64,000 nt of DNA, taken from the NCBI RefSeq assembly GCF_009914755.1, contig NC_060926.1; one strand, given 5' to 3'. The stretch's first letter is position 1, and every line of letters starts with the position of its first letter. The translations under genes were made by a program, and so were the position numbers. Below, piece after piece: positions 1-14,847 of the stretch. Origin of the DNA: the human T2T-CHM13v2.0 reference genome, Homo sapiens. The notes below the pieces were generated by a model. It was not told where the DNA came from and searched no databases. It saw nothing but the letters and a program-made list of their open reading frames with translations.

Positions 1-127
1 AGGTGTGATGGCATGCCCCTGTAGTCCCAGCTATTCAGGAGGCTGAGGCAGGACAATCACTTGAGGCCCAGAGTTTTAGTCCAGTGTGGGCAACATAGTG
101 AAGCCCCCATCTCTAAAAAATAATAAA
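1..127 (+). mobile_element. Alu monomer (FLAM-like), cut by window edge
   Basis: tgtagtcccagcta...gaggctgaggcagga...gggcaacatagtga...catctctaaaaaa. Confidence 0.75.
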
Positions 128-2727
128 CGCAAAAAAGCATGGATCTGGGAGGAAAACAGCTTGTGTGAGTTGGATAAAGTATTCCCTCTGTTCCTGTTTA
201 ATTGTAAATAATGGGGTTGGTTAGGTGTCATAAGGTCTATTGCAGGTGCAAAATCTCTTATTCTGATTTAATGCCAGTCTAATTCTCCTGGTCATAGACC
301 TGGTGCTATAATAGTTATAACAGGAGCCACAGAAATAACCACACTTGGATGTAAGCAATGTAAGTGTAGCACCAGACTAGGGTAGAAGCTTGGGTGTCTA
401 AGGATGAATCCTGAAGCAACAGTGATGCCAGCCAACTGGCTACATTTCTGCTTACCTTGGTTCCTCTTTAGGCAACACAGAAATGTTAATCCTGATTAAC
501 CCTCTCCTCCTGAGAATCTTGTGAGGGCTATTGCTAAGGAACAATTGCAAAGCACATTGTGAATGTGAGCTGCTATGGAGATGCAACTAAACAAAAATAA
601 TGACAATGCTAATGATGGCTTCAGTCACTCAAGAACCTGTATAGTCATCATTATAATGCCTCAGTTCACCAAAGAAAATATAGTTCTTATGAAAATACTG
701 GCTTGAAAGCTTCAACAGGGATAACATTTTCAGGTGAAGGCCACCATTGAAAGCCTGAAGATATTTAGCTTCTGGGAGCAATGCATACCATCTCTTTGGT
801 AATCCAGGAAAAAAACCCTGGTTCCACCAACATAGGCAATACCTATCCTGGTCCCATCCTCACTCCTCTGTTGTAAATAATTCCCCAAAGGTGGTTGTTG
901 AATTTTTCAAAGAGAACTTGGTTGAGAAACAGCTAACTTGGGTTAGAATATCACCCAACCTTTTCCTTCACATGATCTTCTTGTAAATTGATTTTTAAAG
1001 GAAAACTAGGGTGGGTGAGGTTCAGAGAGAGGTGGGTCCTTGCATTGTTTTGGGGAGCCCGCTTTTCTGGGACTGTGAACAACAGTCACCTCTTCTAGGG
1101 AAGGGACAGTGGAACGTACTGGGCAGGGCTCTACTGGGTAGATAGTGGAACATACTGGGCAGGCCTGTGGTGTGTGCGTTGGGAGCCATCCTGTGACAGG
1201 GACTTTGGGTGGCTTCAGGCATCCACCTCTCGACTCTGAGGAGGCCTCAGGAAACCCTTAATGAGTCACTGTCATCTAAATCATTTAGGAAAAAAAAATT
1301 ATTGTGCACTTATCCTGTGCCATGGGTTTTGCTAGGAATCAGCAGTTTTCCCCCATGATCCACAAAATCAGATATGCAAGGTGAGATGATCTATGTTGGT
1401 GGGTGACTGGATATGTTTTATAAGATTGGAGCTTGTGGGTCCAAAGAATCACTGTGATGCGTTTCATGTGACAATTGTTTTATAGTTTACCTGCACTATC
1501 TCACTGCCTCCTCACTGCACCTACAAGAATTAGCTGATACTATCCTCTTTCACAGCTGAGGACCCTTGAAGAGGTTAAGTGACCAACCCAAGATCACAAG
1601 ACTGATGAAACCAGTGCTTGAACTCAAGCTTCTGATTCCGAGTCCAATCTTCTCTTTCCACTGCATAAAGATACTCGAGTCTCTTATCACCACCAACACC
1701 AAGTGATGACTTATAAAGATCATCCTTAGGGTCTTTCCCCCTCAAACGTGCTATCATTCAGTAACTCTAGGATCCTTGTTAAAAAAAAAAAAAAAACGGG
1801 GGTTGCGGAGAAGGGATTGAAATATCTCCTCTCCCTGTCTTCACCTCCTCTGATGAAATCTGATTTTATTCTGTGATATGTAAGACCTGAATGAAGGTGA
1901 CTGAAGTAATTGGGTACATGGTTAGTGGTGGAATCCGGATGTGAACCTGAGTCATGGTCTTGCCATTGTTCCTTGAAGACAGGAAATATTTGTAAATATA
2001 TTTGGAAGCAACTTTAAAATTGTTGCATGTGGTTGGGTCTAACAGAATCACTTGAATGAAGAGAAAAGCATAACTTTTTCCTGTGAATTTTCAGGGAAAT
2101 GCAATTATTTCCTTTCACTTGGTATAAAAGCTCTTCAGAGGAATAAAGCATGCATGAGCCAACACATGCAGAGACAATTGAGCCTTTAGTCGCAACTCAT
2201 GCTCTAGTTATAATGTGTTTTTAAATTCCATGATAGCTACAGAGAAGGAGGAAAGGACTTAACATAACAGCCTACCATGTTCAAGGGATTATAATACATT
2301 ATCTCATTTAATCCTCTCATGAAACCTGTGAGGTAGATGTTCTTATCACATCTTACAGAAGAGGAAGTCATGGTCTAGAGAAATTAAGCAATCTGCCCAA
2401 GATTGCAAGGTTACCAAGTTTCCTAAATGGGATCCAGACACCAGGGCATACACTTCTTCAACCATGAGGATGTCTCTTTTGCTTAATGTAGCTGCTTCCT
2501 TTCCTGTGTTCTTTTAAATTAAGTTTTAATTATTCTGCTTTATCTTAGTTTATTGAAGGTCCCAGAATATGTTAGAGAAGGATGCATGTCGGAGACCATC
2601 TAGTTTAAACTCTTACTTTTATAAAAGAGGAAACAGGGTACAGGGGAAGTATGGCCCGAGGTCACATGGAGAATTCATATGAGAGTGTGAGGTAAAATTA
2701 AAACTCAATTTCTTGAATTCTAGTTCA

Positions 2728-3130
<403 letters not shown>

Positions 3131-4375
3131 GTTACAAAGAATGAAACCCCGTTAAGTAAGTAAAATCAGCTATGATTCCTGCTATCCTGAAAGCTGACAG
3201 TGAAGACCTTCATCAACACTTTTCTAAATGAGTAGATAATTACAAACTGAGATAAGCACGGTAAGGGCGTGTGACATAAGCACATGTCTTAGACTGGGAG
3301 TGGACAGTTCAGTGGAGAGCAAAGAGGGAAAATTCCAGGCTGAGATAAGTCCCTGGGGGTCAAAAAGGGTGGAAGTAGGTAATTGGGAGTCTGGAGCTCA
3401 GAGAGAGGAGGGGGAAGGAGTGAGGGGTATAGGAGTGGAGAGTGAGTTGGTGAGATGAGGATGAGGAGGAAAATAAGAGCCAGGTAGTCATGGCCTTATG
3501 TAGGCTCCATAAAGTCTTTACTCAAAGTTTAATGGGAAGCCATTAAGAGTGGTATATATTGGTGACACAATCAGCTTTGAGCTTTTAAAGGATCACCTTT
3601 GTGTTTGTAAACAATTTCTAGATTTTAAAGCAGTAGACAAAGGACAGAGATTATATAAAGAAATGAGAAAGCTTCCACAAAGTGTACATGGAAACCAGTC
3701 TTTCTGCCTTAACTCAAACTGTGTGATGAAGGCAGCAAGTGCTTGGGAGCCCAGAGAGTCAAGGGATGGCCATGGCTTGGAGGATATGGAGCAATTCAAG
3801 TGGGCTAAAATCTGAAGTCCATAGCAGGAAGGGACAGCTTCACGTTCAGTCAGCAAATTTCTATTTAGCTACAATTACCTCTTCACCTTAGCTCATCTGT
3901 TCTCTGATGGATGTGCTTTTTTTTTTTGTTTCTAAATTCCCTTTTCCTTTTCTCTGGAGATGGGTGATTGATGTAGTCTGGGTATTTGTTCCCTCCAAAT
4001 CTCATGTTGAAATGTAATCCCCAGTGTTGGAGGTAGGGCCTGGTGGGAGGTGTTTGGATCATGGGGGCAGATCCCTCATGAATAGCTTGGTACTGTCCTC
4101 TCAATAGTGAATGAGTTCTCCTGAGATATGGTTGTTTAAAAGTGTGTGGCACTCCCCCATTGCTCTCTTGTTACTGCTTTCGACATGTGACATCCCTGCT
4201 CCCCTTCGCTCTCTGCCATGATTGAAAGTTTCCTAAGGCTTCGCCAAAAGCTGAGCAGATGTGGGTGCCATGCTTGTACAGCCTGCAGAACTGTGAGCCA
4301 AAATAAACTTCATTTCCGTATAAATTACCCAGCCTCAGATATTTCTTTATAGCAACATAAGAGTGGCTTAATACA

Positions 4376-4842
<467 letters not shown>

Positions 4843-5062
4843 TTAGAGACTGGCTAAATGGTTGTGACCAAAATGCTGATAGTGATACGGACAATGAAGT
4901 CCAGGGTGACAAAGTCTCAGATGGAAATGGGGAATTTGTTGGGAACTGGGCAAAGGTCACCCTTGCTATGACTCAGCAAAGAAATTGGGTGCATTGTGTT
5001 CATGTCCTGGGGATCTGTGGAAGTTTGAATGTAAGAGTGATGACTTACGGTAGGGTATCTAG

Positions 5063-5411
<349 letters not shown>

Positions 5412-6416
5412 TGCTTAGAAATTTCTAAGCCAGGATATGGCCTGTCTGCTTCTAACAGCCTGTGCTCAGGGGTAAAGAAATGACTTAAAGTTGGAACCTA
5501 TGTTTAAAATGGAAGTAGAGTCTAAAAATTTGGAAAATTTGCAGCCTGGCCTTGTGGCAGAGAAAGAATCCAAGTAGGCTGCAGAGCAATCATTGCTAGA
5601 GAGATTAGCATGACTAAAAGGGAGCCAAGTGCTAATATTCAAGACAATGTTAAAAAGGCCTTGAGGGCATTTCAGAGATCTATGAAGCAGCCCCTCCCAT
5701 CACAGGTGCAGAGGTTTGGTGCACTAGGCCCAGAGGTTTTATGGGCCAGGCCAGGGCCACACTGCTATGCACAGCTTTGGGACACTGCTGCCCGCATCCA
5801 GGCCACTCTGCTCTGGCTCCAGCCTTGGCTCAAACGGGCCAAGATAGAGCTTGGACCACTGCTCCCGAGGGCACAAGCCATAAGCCTTGGTGGTTTCCAT
5901 GTGGTGTTAAGCCTGCAGGTGCCCAGAATGCAAGATTGAGGGAGCTTGGGCACTTCCACCTAGATTTCAGAGGATGTGTCAGAAACCCTAGGTTCCCAGG
6001 CAGAAGCATGATACAGGGGCAGAGCCCTTGCAGAGAACCTCTACTAGGGCAATGCCAAAGGAAAATGTGGGGTTGGAGTCCTCACACACGGTCCCCACTG
6101 GGGCACTACCTGGTGATACTGTGGGAATGGGGCTGCTGCCCTCCAGACCCCAGAATGGTAGATGCACTGGCAGCTGGCACCCTGAGCCTGGAAAAGCTGC
6201 AGGCACTCAACTCCAACCCATGAGATCAGCCACATGGGCTACTCCCAGGGAAGCCCACAGAGGCAGGGCTGTCTAAGGCCTTGGGAGCCTACCCCTTGAA
6301 CCAGCTTGCAGGACATGGAATCAAAGATTATGTTGCAGCTTTAAGGCTTAATGTTTTCCCTGTCAATTTCAGGCTTGTGTGGGACCTGTTGCTTTTTTTT
6401 TTTTTTTTTTTTTTTT

Positions 6417-7452
6417 GGTCACAGGTGTTTGAACCAGAACAATTCCATCTTGAATAGGGGCTGGGTAAAATAAGGCTGAGACCTACTGAGCTGCATTCCT
6501 AGGAGGTTAGGAATTCTAAGTCACAGGAGGAGATAGGAGGTCGGCACAAGATACAGGTAGCGAAGACCTCGCTGATAAAATAAGTTGCAGTAAAGAAGCC
6601 AGCCAAAACTCACAAAGCCAAAATGGTGATATGGTTTGGCTCTATGTCCCCACCCAAATCTCATCTCAAATTATAATTCCCATAATCCCCACATGTTGAG
6701 GGGAGGACCTGGTTGGAGGTGATTGGATTATGGAGGCAATTTCCCCCATGCTGTTCTGGTGATACTGAGTGAGTTCTCATAAGATCTAATGGTTTTATAA
6801 GTGTTTGGAAGTTCCTCCTACACACATGCTCACACTCTCTCCTGCAGCTTTATGAAGAAGGTACTTGCTTTCCTTTCTGCCATGATTGTAAGTTTCCTGA
6901 GGCTTCCCAGCTATGCAGAACTGTGAGTCAATTAAACCCGTTTTCTTTATACATTACCAGTCTTGGGCAGTTCTTTACAGCAGTGTGAGAACTGCTGGCG
7001 ATGAGAGTGACCTCTGGTTGTCCTCACTGCTCATTATATGCTAATTATAATGTATTAGCATGCCAAAAGACACTCCCACCATGACCCCAACAGTCATGCC
7101 TGTGCCGGTCTCAGCACCATGACAGTTTACAGATGGCATAGCAACGTCTAAAAGGTACCCCATATGGACTAACAAGGGGAGGAACCCTCAGCTCTGGGAA
7201 GTGCCTACCTCGTTCCCAGAAAGCTTGTGAATAATCCACTGCTTGTTTAACATATAATTAAGAAATAACTATTAAGCATCCTTAGTTCAGCAGCCCAAGC
7301 TGCTGTTCTGCCTATGGAGTAGCCATTCTTTATTCCGTTACTTTCTTAATAAAATTGCTTTTACTTTACTGTATGTACTCGCCTGGAATTCTTTCTTGTA
7401 CGAGGTCCAGAGCCCTCTCTTGGGTCTGGATCGGGACCCCTTTCTGGTAACA
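6417..7452 (+). mobile_element. MER41 (MER41B-like) ERV1 solo LTR, interrupted by a THE1 LTR
   Basis: tttgaaccagaacaattccatcttgaataggggctgggtaaaataaggctgagacctac...ctatggagtagccattcttt...ctggtaaca; TTTT on both sides. Confidence 0.85.
6627..6995 (+). mobile_element. THE1 (THE1C/D-like) MaLR solo LTR
   Basis: tgatatggtttggctctatgtccccacccaaatctcatc...gccatgattgtaagtttcctgaggc...cagcagtgtgagaac. Confidence 0.85.
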
Positions 7453-10400
7453 TTTTGACCAATTTCTCCCTTCTGGAATGGGAATGTTTACACAATGACT
7501 GTATCACTTTTGAATCTTGGAAGTAAATAATTTGTTTTTGACTTTACAGCCTCATAGGTGGAAGGAACTTGACTTGAATTTCAGATGAGACTTTGGACTT
7601 TGGGACTTTTGGGTTGGGGCTGGAATGAGTTAAAAGTTGGGGGGATTATTGGGAAGGCACGATTTTATTTTGCAATATGAGAAGCACATGAGATTTGGGG
7701 GACCAAGGGTGGAATAATATGGTTTGGATGTTTGCCCCCTCCAAATCTCACATTGAAATGTAATCCCCAGTGTTGAAGTGAGGCCTGCTGGAAAATGTTT
7801 GGATCACGGGGACAGATCCCTCATGAATAGCTCGGTGCTGTCCTCTCAATAGGGACTGAGTTCTCACAAGACCTGGTTGTTTAGAAGTGTGTGGTACCTC
7901 CTCCCTCACTGTCTTGCTCCTGCTCTTACCATGTGACATGCCTGGCCCTCTTTGCCTTCTGCCATGATTGGAAACTTCCTGAGGCCCTCACCAGACACAG
8001 ATGGTCGTGTCATACTTTTTGTATAGCCTGCAAAACCATAAGCCAAAATAAACTTCTTCTCCTTGTAAATTACTCAGCCTTAGGTATTTCTTTATGGCAA
8101 CACAAGTATGGCCTAATACAGTGATGAACAGGACTGCTTCCTCTTTTTCTTCTTTTTTGGAGAACTGTCCTTCTTTCCCTCTTCATGGATGCCCTTTAAA
8201 AATCAGAGTTCCTCAGAGAGCTTCCGGTGTGGCAGTCATGTCTGTGCCCGTCTCTCACTTTTCTTACTAATTCTGGTTATCTCATCAAAAGTGCATTTTT
8301 AAGAAATTCCCTTTCCTTTTGAGTCATTTTCTTTAGTGGAGTCAAGGTTATCTCTGGTCTGAGCTTGTTTTTCAACTTCCAGGAATAGCTTGTATTACTT
8401 TTTTCAGATTCTAAAACATGTTCATTAAATTTTGCTGAGGAAATATAAAAATATAAAGAAGAAAAGAAAATCCGCAATTTAATAACTAGAGATAATCATT
8501 GTTATGACTCCATTGTCTTTTCTTTCAGTCTTTCTTTTTTTCAAGGCATATATAGATTTGTTTTTAGACAATTAGGACACTAAAAACTTTTTTTGATATT
8601 TGGTTTCCTGAAATCTAGAGAGCATACATGTGGTAGGCAGTGCTCACCAAATACCTGCTCATTTGAGAGATTACTCGATTAATGTCTGTCTTAATTTCCT
8701 GGTCTCCCTTGCAGTTTAGACTGGGGACATGTGTTTTTTTCTGGCCAGAGAACTGTGAGAGGAAGTGATAGATGAGGTGTTGCGTGTCTTGGCTGATGCA
8801 ATCAAGGGCCAGTGTATGCCTGTGTCACATAAACTTGCCCTGATGCAGCAACTTTGGAAGTCACGTGTTCTAGAGAATGTGCTACAAATGAATTAGGTGT
8901 GGTTGCAAATGCATGAGAATAGAACGACCTGTATTAGATGTATTAAGTCACTGAGATTTCGGAATTTATTTGTTACTGTAGTATAACCTTTATCTCAAAT
9001 TCCTCTTTCACAAATCATTTTCTTCTTGGACAGAAATATGCCTAGATTAGCATTCCTCTGTCATATTCTCTACCTTCTGGGAGATGAACTTTCCAATAAG
9101 ACAAACCCAGAAACTAATCAGATGCTTTCATGTTGGCCAAATTTGGATTCCAGATTAAATATAAATTAGCTGTGAAAATAAAATGGCCAATAATAAAGTT
9201 GGTACTGTTAATATCCCAGATACAAATCATGTAATAAATATATTACTAATCTAACATTTATATGGTGCTTTACAGTTTTTCAAAGCATTTTTCATAAACA
9301 TAAATATAAGCATTCAACCTGATACAAGGCTTTTTATCCATTGCAAATAGTCAACAGTGAAGTCCTGTGCCAGTGCACAGTTCTCTCCTTCCTCCTTTTG
9401 GTGTGAACTCCTGGCTGCAGGGGAGGAAGGGACCCTGGTTAGGGCAATTGTGGCCTCAGACTGGGAGTGGCAGGTGTGGCATACAATGTGGCTGGAGACG
9501 CAAGAGACTTGGATCCTCATCCTGGCTCTGATCCTAATGAGCTACGTGACCTCCGGCAATTCCCACATGTCTCTGGGCTTTCCTTATCTGTGAAAGGAGG
9601 AGATTGGACTGGCTAACTACTGGGGTTCCTCCAGCCCTGTTCATTCAGTATTTCATGACTACCCTGAACATGACCATGTTTTGCTTCATGGCACCTCTAT
9701 GCTCTTGATAGATTGTGTTTGGTTGCTCAGGACCCATGCTAGACACATTCTCCTCAATAGATCTTTGTCTCATGCACAGTTGAGTTACATATACATACAT
9801 GCTACGCTCTTTCTGCTTTACTTCGATGGCAAATTTAACTTACCACCCTGAGTATAAATATAAATTTTTTCTAGTATAGAAATATGTAACAGTTGCTGAT
9901 AAATTAGAAGGAAATGGCCATTTAGCCATGTGTGTTAAGTGATTATGACTTAGCTTTATTTTCTAGAAAGCTTGACATACCTGAAGGACCACTGGGGCCT
10001 TTGATGATCTTCAAGAAAAGGACGCTTAGGTTTTTGAGTTTGAAAGTCTGGACAAGTACTAGAGCATTTTGTTAAGAAAATGCACATCTTAAAAAAATAT
10101 GATTATCGTTTTCCCTTTCTGTACTCTTCCCTCCATGGGGTCTTTGTGCTGCCCCTAATAGGCCATTCTATCCCATGCAAAGTTGCTCAAAGTTACTGTG
10201 GCTCCCCAAGAGAGAACGAGCAGGATGAGAGAGTCTGAGCCTGGACTCAGGAGGAAGACCCAGGGCCTGGGGGGAGCAGGTATTCCTGTAGAGCACAGTT
10301 CCATGCAAACCTGCCTGGAGCCAGCTTGGTAACCTGTTTTACAACTCTGTCATGCATGAGGCACTGTGTTAGAAGCCCTGGGGAATGAGGTGGCAAAGAA

Positions 10401-10691
10401 CACCACTTGCCCTTAACAAGCTTTTAACTTGTGAGGAAGGCAGGTGGAGATGACTGTGATGCCAGCAGAATAGAGAAGTGTTATAACAGAAAGGAAACAG
10501 AGGGATGGGGAGGGAGCAAGTGAGGCTAACAGAGTGAACACAGGGACGGTTTCTCAGACATTGCTATGTGTTAGCTTGAAGAGTTAGATTTGCATAGTGG
10601 AGGGAGAATGGACATTCCAGGCTGAGGAAATAGGATGAGGAAAAGCATAAGACATACATTTCATGTTTGTTTCTCCTACTTAACTTTTTAG

Positions 10692-11256
<565 letters not shown>

Positions 11257-11599
11257 TAGTCCAGGTCCTTCCTTGACTTAGGATGGAAAGCATAGATTTA
11301 CTTCAGGGAATGTCAAATGTGGCTGGCCAAAAATAGAGTTAAAGCCCAATAAATTTGGAGTAGAATGCAAGCTTGTTAATAGTAGGTATAAAAGGCTGGA
11401 ATAATTATTGAGGGTTATCAGTTCTTTCATTAATTCATTCACTGACTCCTTCATTCATAAAAGATGGGGATCTTTGATTCAGGAACATGCTTAGAGCTAA
11501 GGACTGTGTGGGAAATAAGAAAAGCGTGGTTCCTAACCCCATGGTGCATCCCTACTAGCAGAGAAACCATAAATTACACGTATAATCATGGTTGGGTGG

Positions 11600-11940
11600 C
11601 ACATCAGTCTGTTTGTGCTCCTATAACAAAATACCATAGACTCGGTGGCTTATGAAAAATAGAAATTTATTTCTCACAGTTCTGGAGGCTGGGAAGTTCA
11701 AGTGCCAGCATATTGGGTACCTGGCAAGGGTCTGCTTTTTGGATCATAGACCATACTTTCTTGTTGCATCCTTACACGGTGGAGGGGACAAGGGAGCCCT
11801 CAGGGGTCTCTTTTATAAGGCTACTAATCCCATTCATGAGGGCTCTGCCTCCCAAAGAGCCTTCCTCCAAATATTATCACATTTGGGGCTAGGTTTTAAC
11901 ATATGAATTTTGGAGGAAGACAAACATTCAGTCTACAGCA
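11600..11940 (-). mobile_element. MLT1A-type MaLR LTR
   Basis: aaatttatttctcacagttctggaggctgggaagttcaag...gacaaacattcagtctacagca; left boundary approximate. Confidence 0.8.
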
Positions 11941-13221
11941 GGTGGTCATTAAGAAAGGAGTAATACAGAGTGCTATGAAGATATATACTGGGGAGACCCT
12001 GATTAGTTTAAAAAGTCAGAGAGAGTCCCTGAGAAAGCAACATCATGAGTAGGAAGGGTAGGGATTAATCAGATGAAGGTGCAGGTAGAGATAGGGAGAG
12101 GGATTCATGTCTCAGGCAATGGGAACAGCACTTGCAGAGGCCCCAACACTAGAAGGACTATGGTGTGTTAGAGAACCTAAAGGAGGGCTAGGGAGGCAGA
12201 AGCCCAGAGAGCGAGGGGCAAGGGGCATGAGATGAGGCTGAAGAGATGGGCAGGGCCAGGCCATGGGCAACCTGTGAACATGTCAAGGGCAGTGGTTTAT
12301 CCTGAAGGCAGTTTTGAGGTGTTTCAAGCAGGAGAGCAAGCACATCAGATTTGTATTTTAAAACAATCTATATACATCCAAAGGAGGGGGCAAATGTGGG
12401 AGAAGGTGAATGCAGTCATCCAGGTGAGAGCCGCGGGGATGTGCTTGAGAGATGTATCTTCTGGAGGGAGCAGCCAGGACATGGTGTTCTGAGGGGAAAA
12501 TGCTTTGAAGTATGATGGGCCTGTGAGGCAACACCGGCAGGAGTCGCCTACATGAAGTTAGAGCTCAGAAGAGGCAGATGGGCTGGAGCTAGAGATGCGG
12601 CTCCTCTGCAGTGCGAGCCGTGAGAGTGGGTGGGGTGGCCAGGGAGGGTGTGCAGAGCGGGAAGGTACGCCCAGCAGTTGACCGACCAGTGTTCACCCAG
12701 GATGGGGCAGATGAGGGCCCCGGGAAGCAGAAGCCGGAAGATGGGAGGGAATGTGGAGAGTGTGATGTCCTGGAGACAAGGGAGCCGACAGCTGTGGTTC
12801 ATCCACGTAGAGATAAAATCGGTGTGGTACACACCTCCCTGTGAAGCCAAAATCATCACCGGCTCCTCATTGCTGCTGGTGTTCCTCATTGCTCTTTCCA
12901 GCAACCTCTGGCCTGATTTCAGTGCCTTCTCTTCAGTCATTCAGTGCCATATTCTGCCCCCAGCTCTTTCTCAACTTAGAGGAAAATAGTCTGATAAAGT
13001 CTTTGATGAAAAATTCCTAGAACCTAATGTGGTACAACTTACAGGCACTTATGTCTTTCAAAAGATGAGTTTGGAAAAAGTAAGGCCTTACCTTGGGCCT
13101 GGGACCTTTGCCAAAGTGAGGGCTATTGACCCACTGAAAAAAGTAAATGCATGGGCATTAGGTACAATGTAATTTAAAATTTTGAAAATTAAGATTAGGC
13201 ATTGTAATATTTTATTCCATT

Positions 13222-13395
13222 AGCCAGATGTGGTGATGCACACCCGTAGTCATAGCTACTTAGGAGGCTGAGGCAGGAGGATGGCTTGAGCCTAGGAATT
13301 CGAGGTTACAGTGAGATATGACTGCACCATTGCATTCTGGCCTGGGCAACAGAGTGAGACCCAGTCTCAAATAAATAAATAAATAAATAAATAAA
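13222..13395 (+). mobile_element. Alu right-arm monomer (FRAM-like) with (AAAT)n tail
   Basis: Monomer flanked by TTATTCCAT on both sides. Confidence 0.8.
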
Positions 13396-14328
13396 ATTCT
13401 TTATTCCATACTTGAAAGCAATGTTAAAAAAATCCATAAATCCAGTTCATACTAAAAGTAGAAGAGAGCAATAAAAGAATACATAAATGACAGACGGAGA
13501 GTCTGTCAGAGTAAGGAGAAAAGATTAGAGAGGTAGGTGGCATAGGGGCAAATTGTGCTGGGCCTTCTACGTTTAATATCTAGACTTTCATTAATGAGCA
13601 ATGAGGAACCACTAGAGTGTTTTCAGCAGAGTAGTGAGGGGATGCAGAAGATTCTGACAGTGATGAACACAACAGATTACCACATGAAGTGAGTGAAGGC
13701 TGGGAGATCAGTCTGCTGCTCCAAGCGCACAAAAGGAGAGCCTGGGCCAGGGGAAGTGGTGATGGGCCCACCAAACTGATGGGAGGGAGGGTGGGAGAAT
13801 GGATCTGGGGAGGGAGGGGCATCTGGGTATGCAGGAGAGCAGAAGGGGGACTCTAGGGTAATATCAAGATCTTGACTCTGGACCACAGAAATAGAGAAGT
13901 CTGGAGGAGGAAATGGTTTGGGGTGGAAAATGATGCTTTGGGCTTTAGACAATCTGAGTCACCATATGGGGCAGGTTTAACAGATAAGTATTTCCCAGAT
14001 TTCCCCATAAGTGAGTTCTGCTTTGTCTGTGGACCCTGGGAATTTCTATAGACCTGAGCCAGGGGCATGTCAGAGTTTGGAAAGAAGGAGTTCTTAGAAA
14101 TAGATAGAAAGTGTGGAAGTGACACATTTACCACCTCCTGGGTTTGAGGAAGGAAACTGGGCCTTCAGACTCTTGGTCTCAGATTTCCTTGAATGTAGCC
14201 TGAATAAGGCAGTGGGTTGTATTTCAAAGCCAAACTTGCAGTATTTAAAACCAGAGGGGGAAAGCGTGGGTTAATAAGTGCTATTTTGGAACCAACAAAG
14301 CATCTGAAAAATTAAAAAATAAAAAGGC

Positions 14329-14630
14329 AGCTGGGCGCAGTGGCTCACACGTGTAATCCCAGTGCTTTGGGAGGCTGGGGCGACAGGATCACTTGAGCCC
14401 AGGAGTTTGAGACAACATTGCAAGACTGGGCAACAAGCAAGACTCTGTCTCTACAAAAAATAAAAAAAATTAGTTGGGCATGGTGGTACATGCCTGTGGT
14501 CCCAGCTACTCCTAAGTTGACGAGGGAGAATTGCTTGAGGCCAGGAGTTCAAGGCTGCAGTGAGCTATGATCACACCACTGCACTCTAGCCTGGGTGACA
14601 GAGCAAGACCCTGTCTCTAAAATAATAATC
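14329..14630 (+). mobile_element. AluJ
   Basis: Diverged dimer with J-type cttgagcccaggagttt. Confidence 0.88.
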
Positions 14631-14847
14631 GTAATAAATTTTTTTTAAAGTAAAACAAAAAAAGGTCACACTTTCTCATACCAAAATAAATTCCAAATAA
14701 ATTAAAGGCTTAAACATGAGAAAGTTAAACCATAAAATTACTAGAAGAAAATAAAAGCAAATATTTAGATAATCCTGGGGATAAATTTCTTTGGAATGAA
14801 TTTCCTTAAGATGAATCTCTAAAAGTGAAATTCAGGGTTCAAAGGTC

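Noticed and set aside
1-1000. IL1A exons or core promoter
   Set aside because: No IL-1alpha coding sequence visible; IL1A is expected outside the left edge from gene order only
5610-6276. Overlapping 82-160 aa ORFs
   Set aside because: Fragments of the decayed MaLR internal region in several frames; no intact ORF
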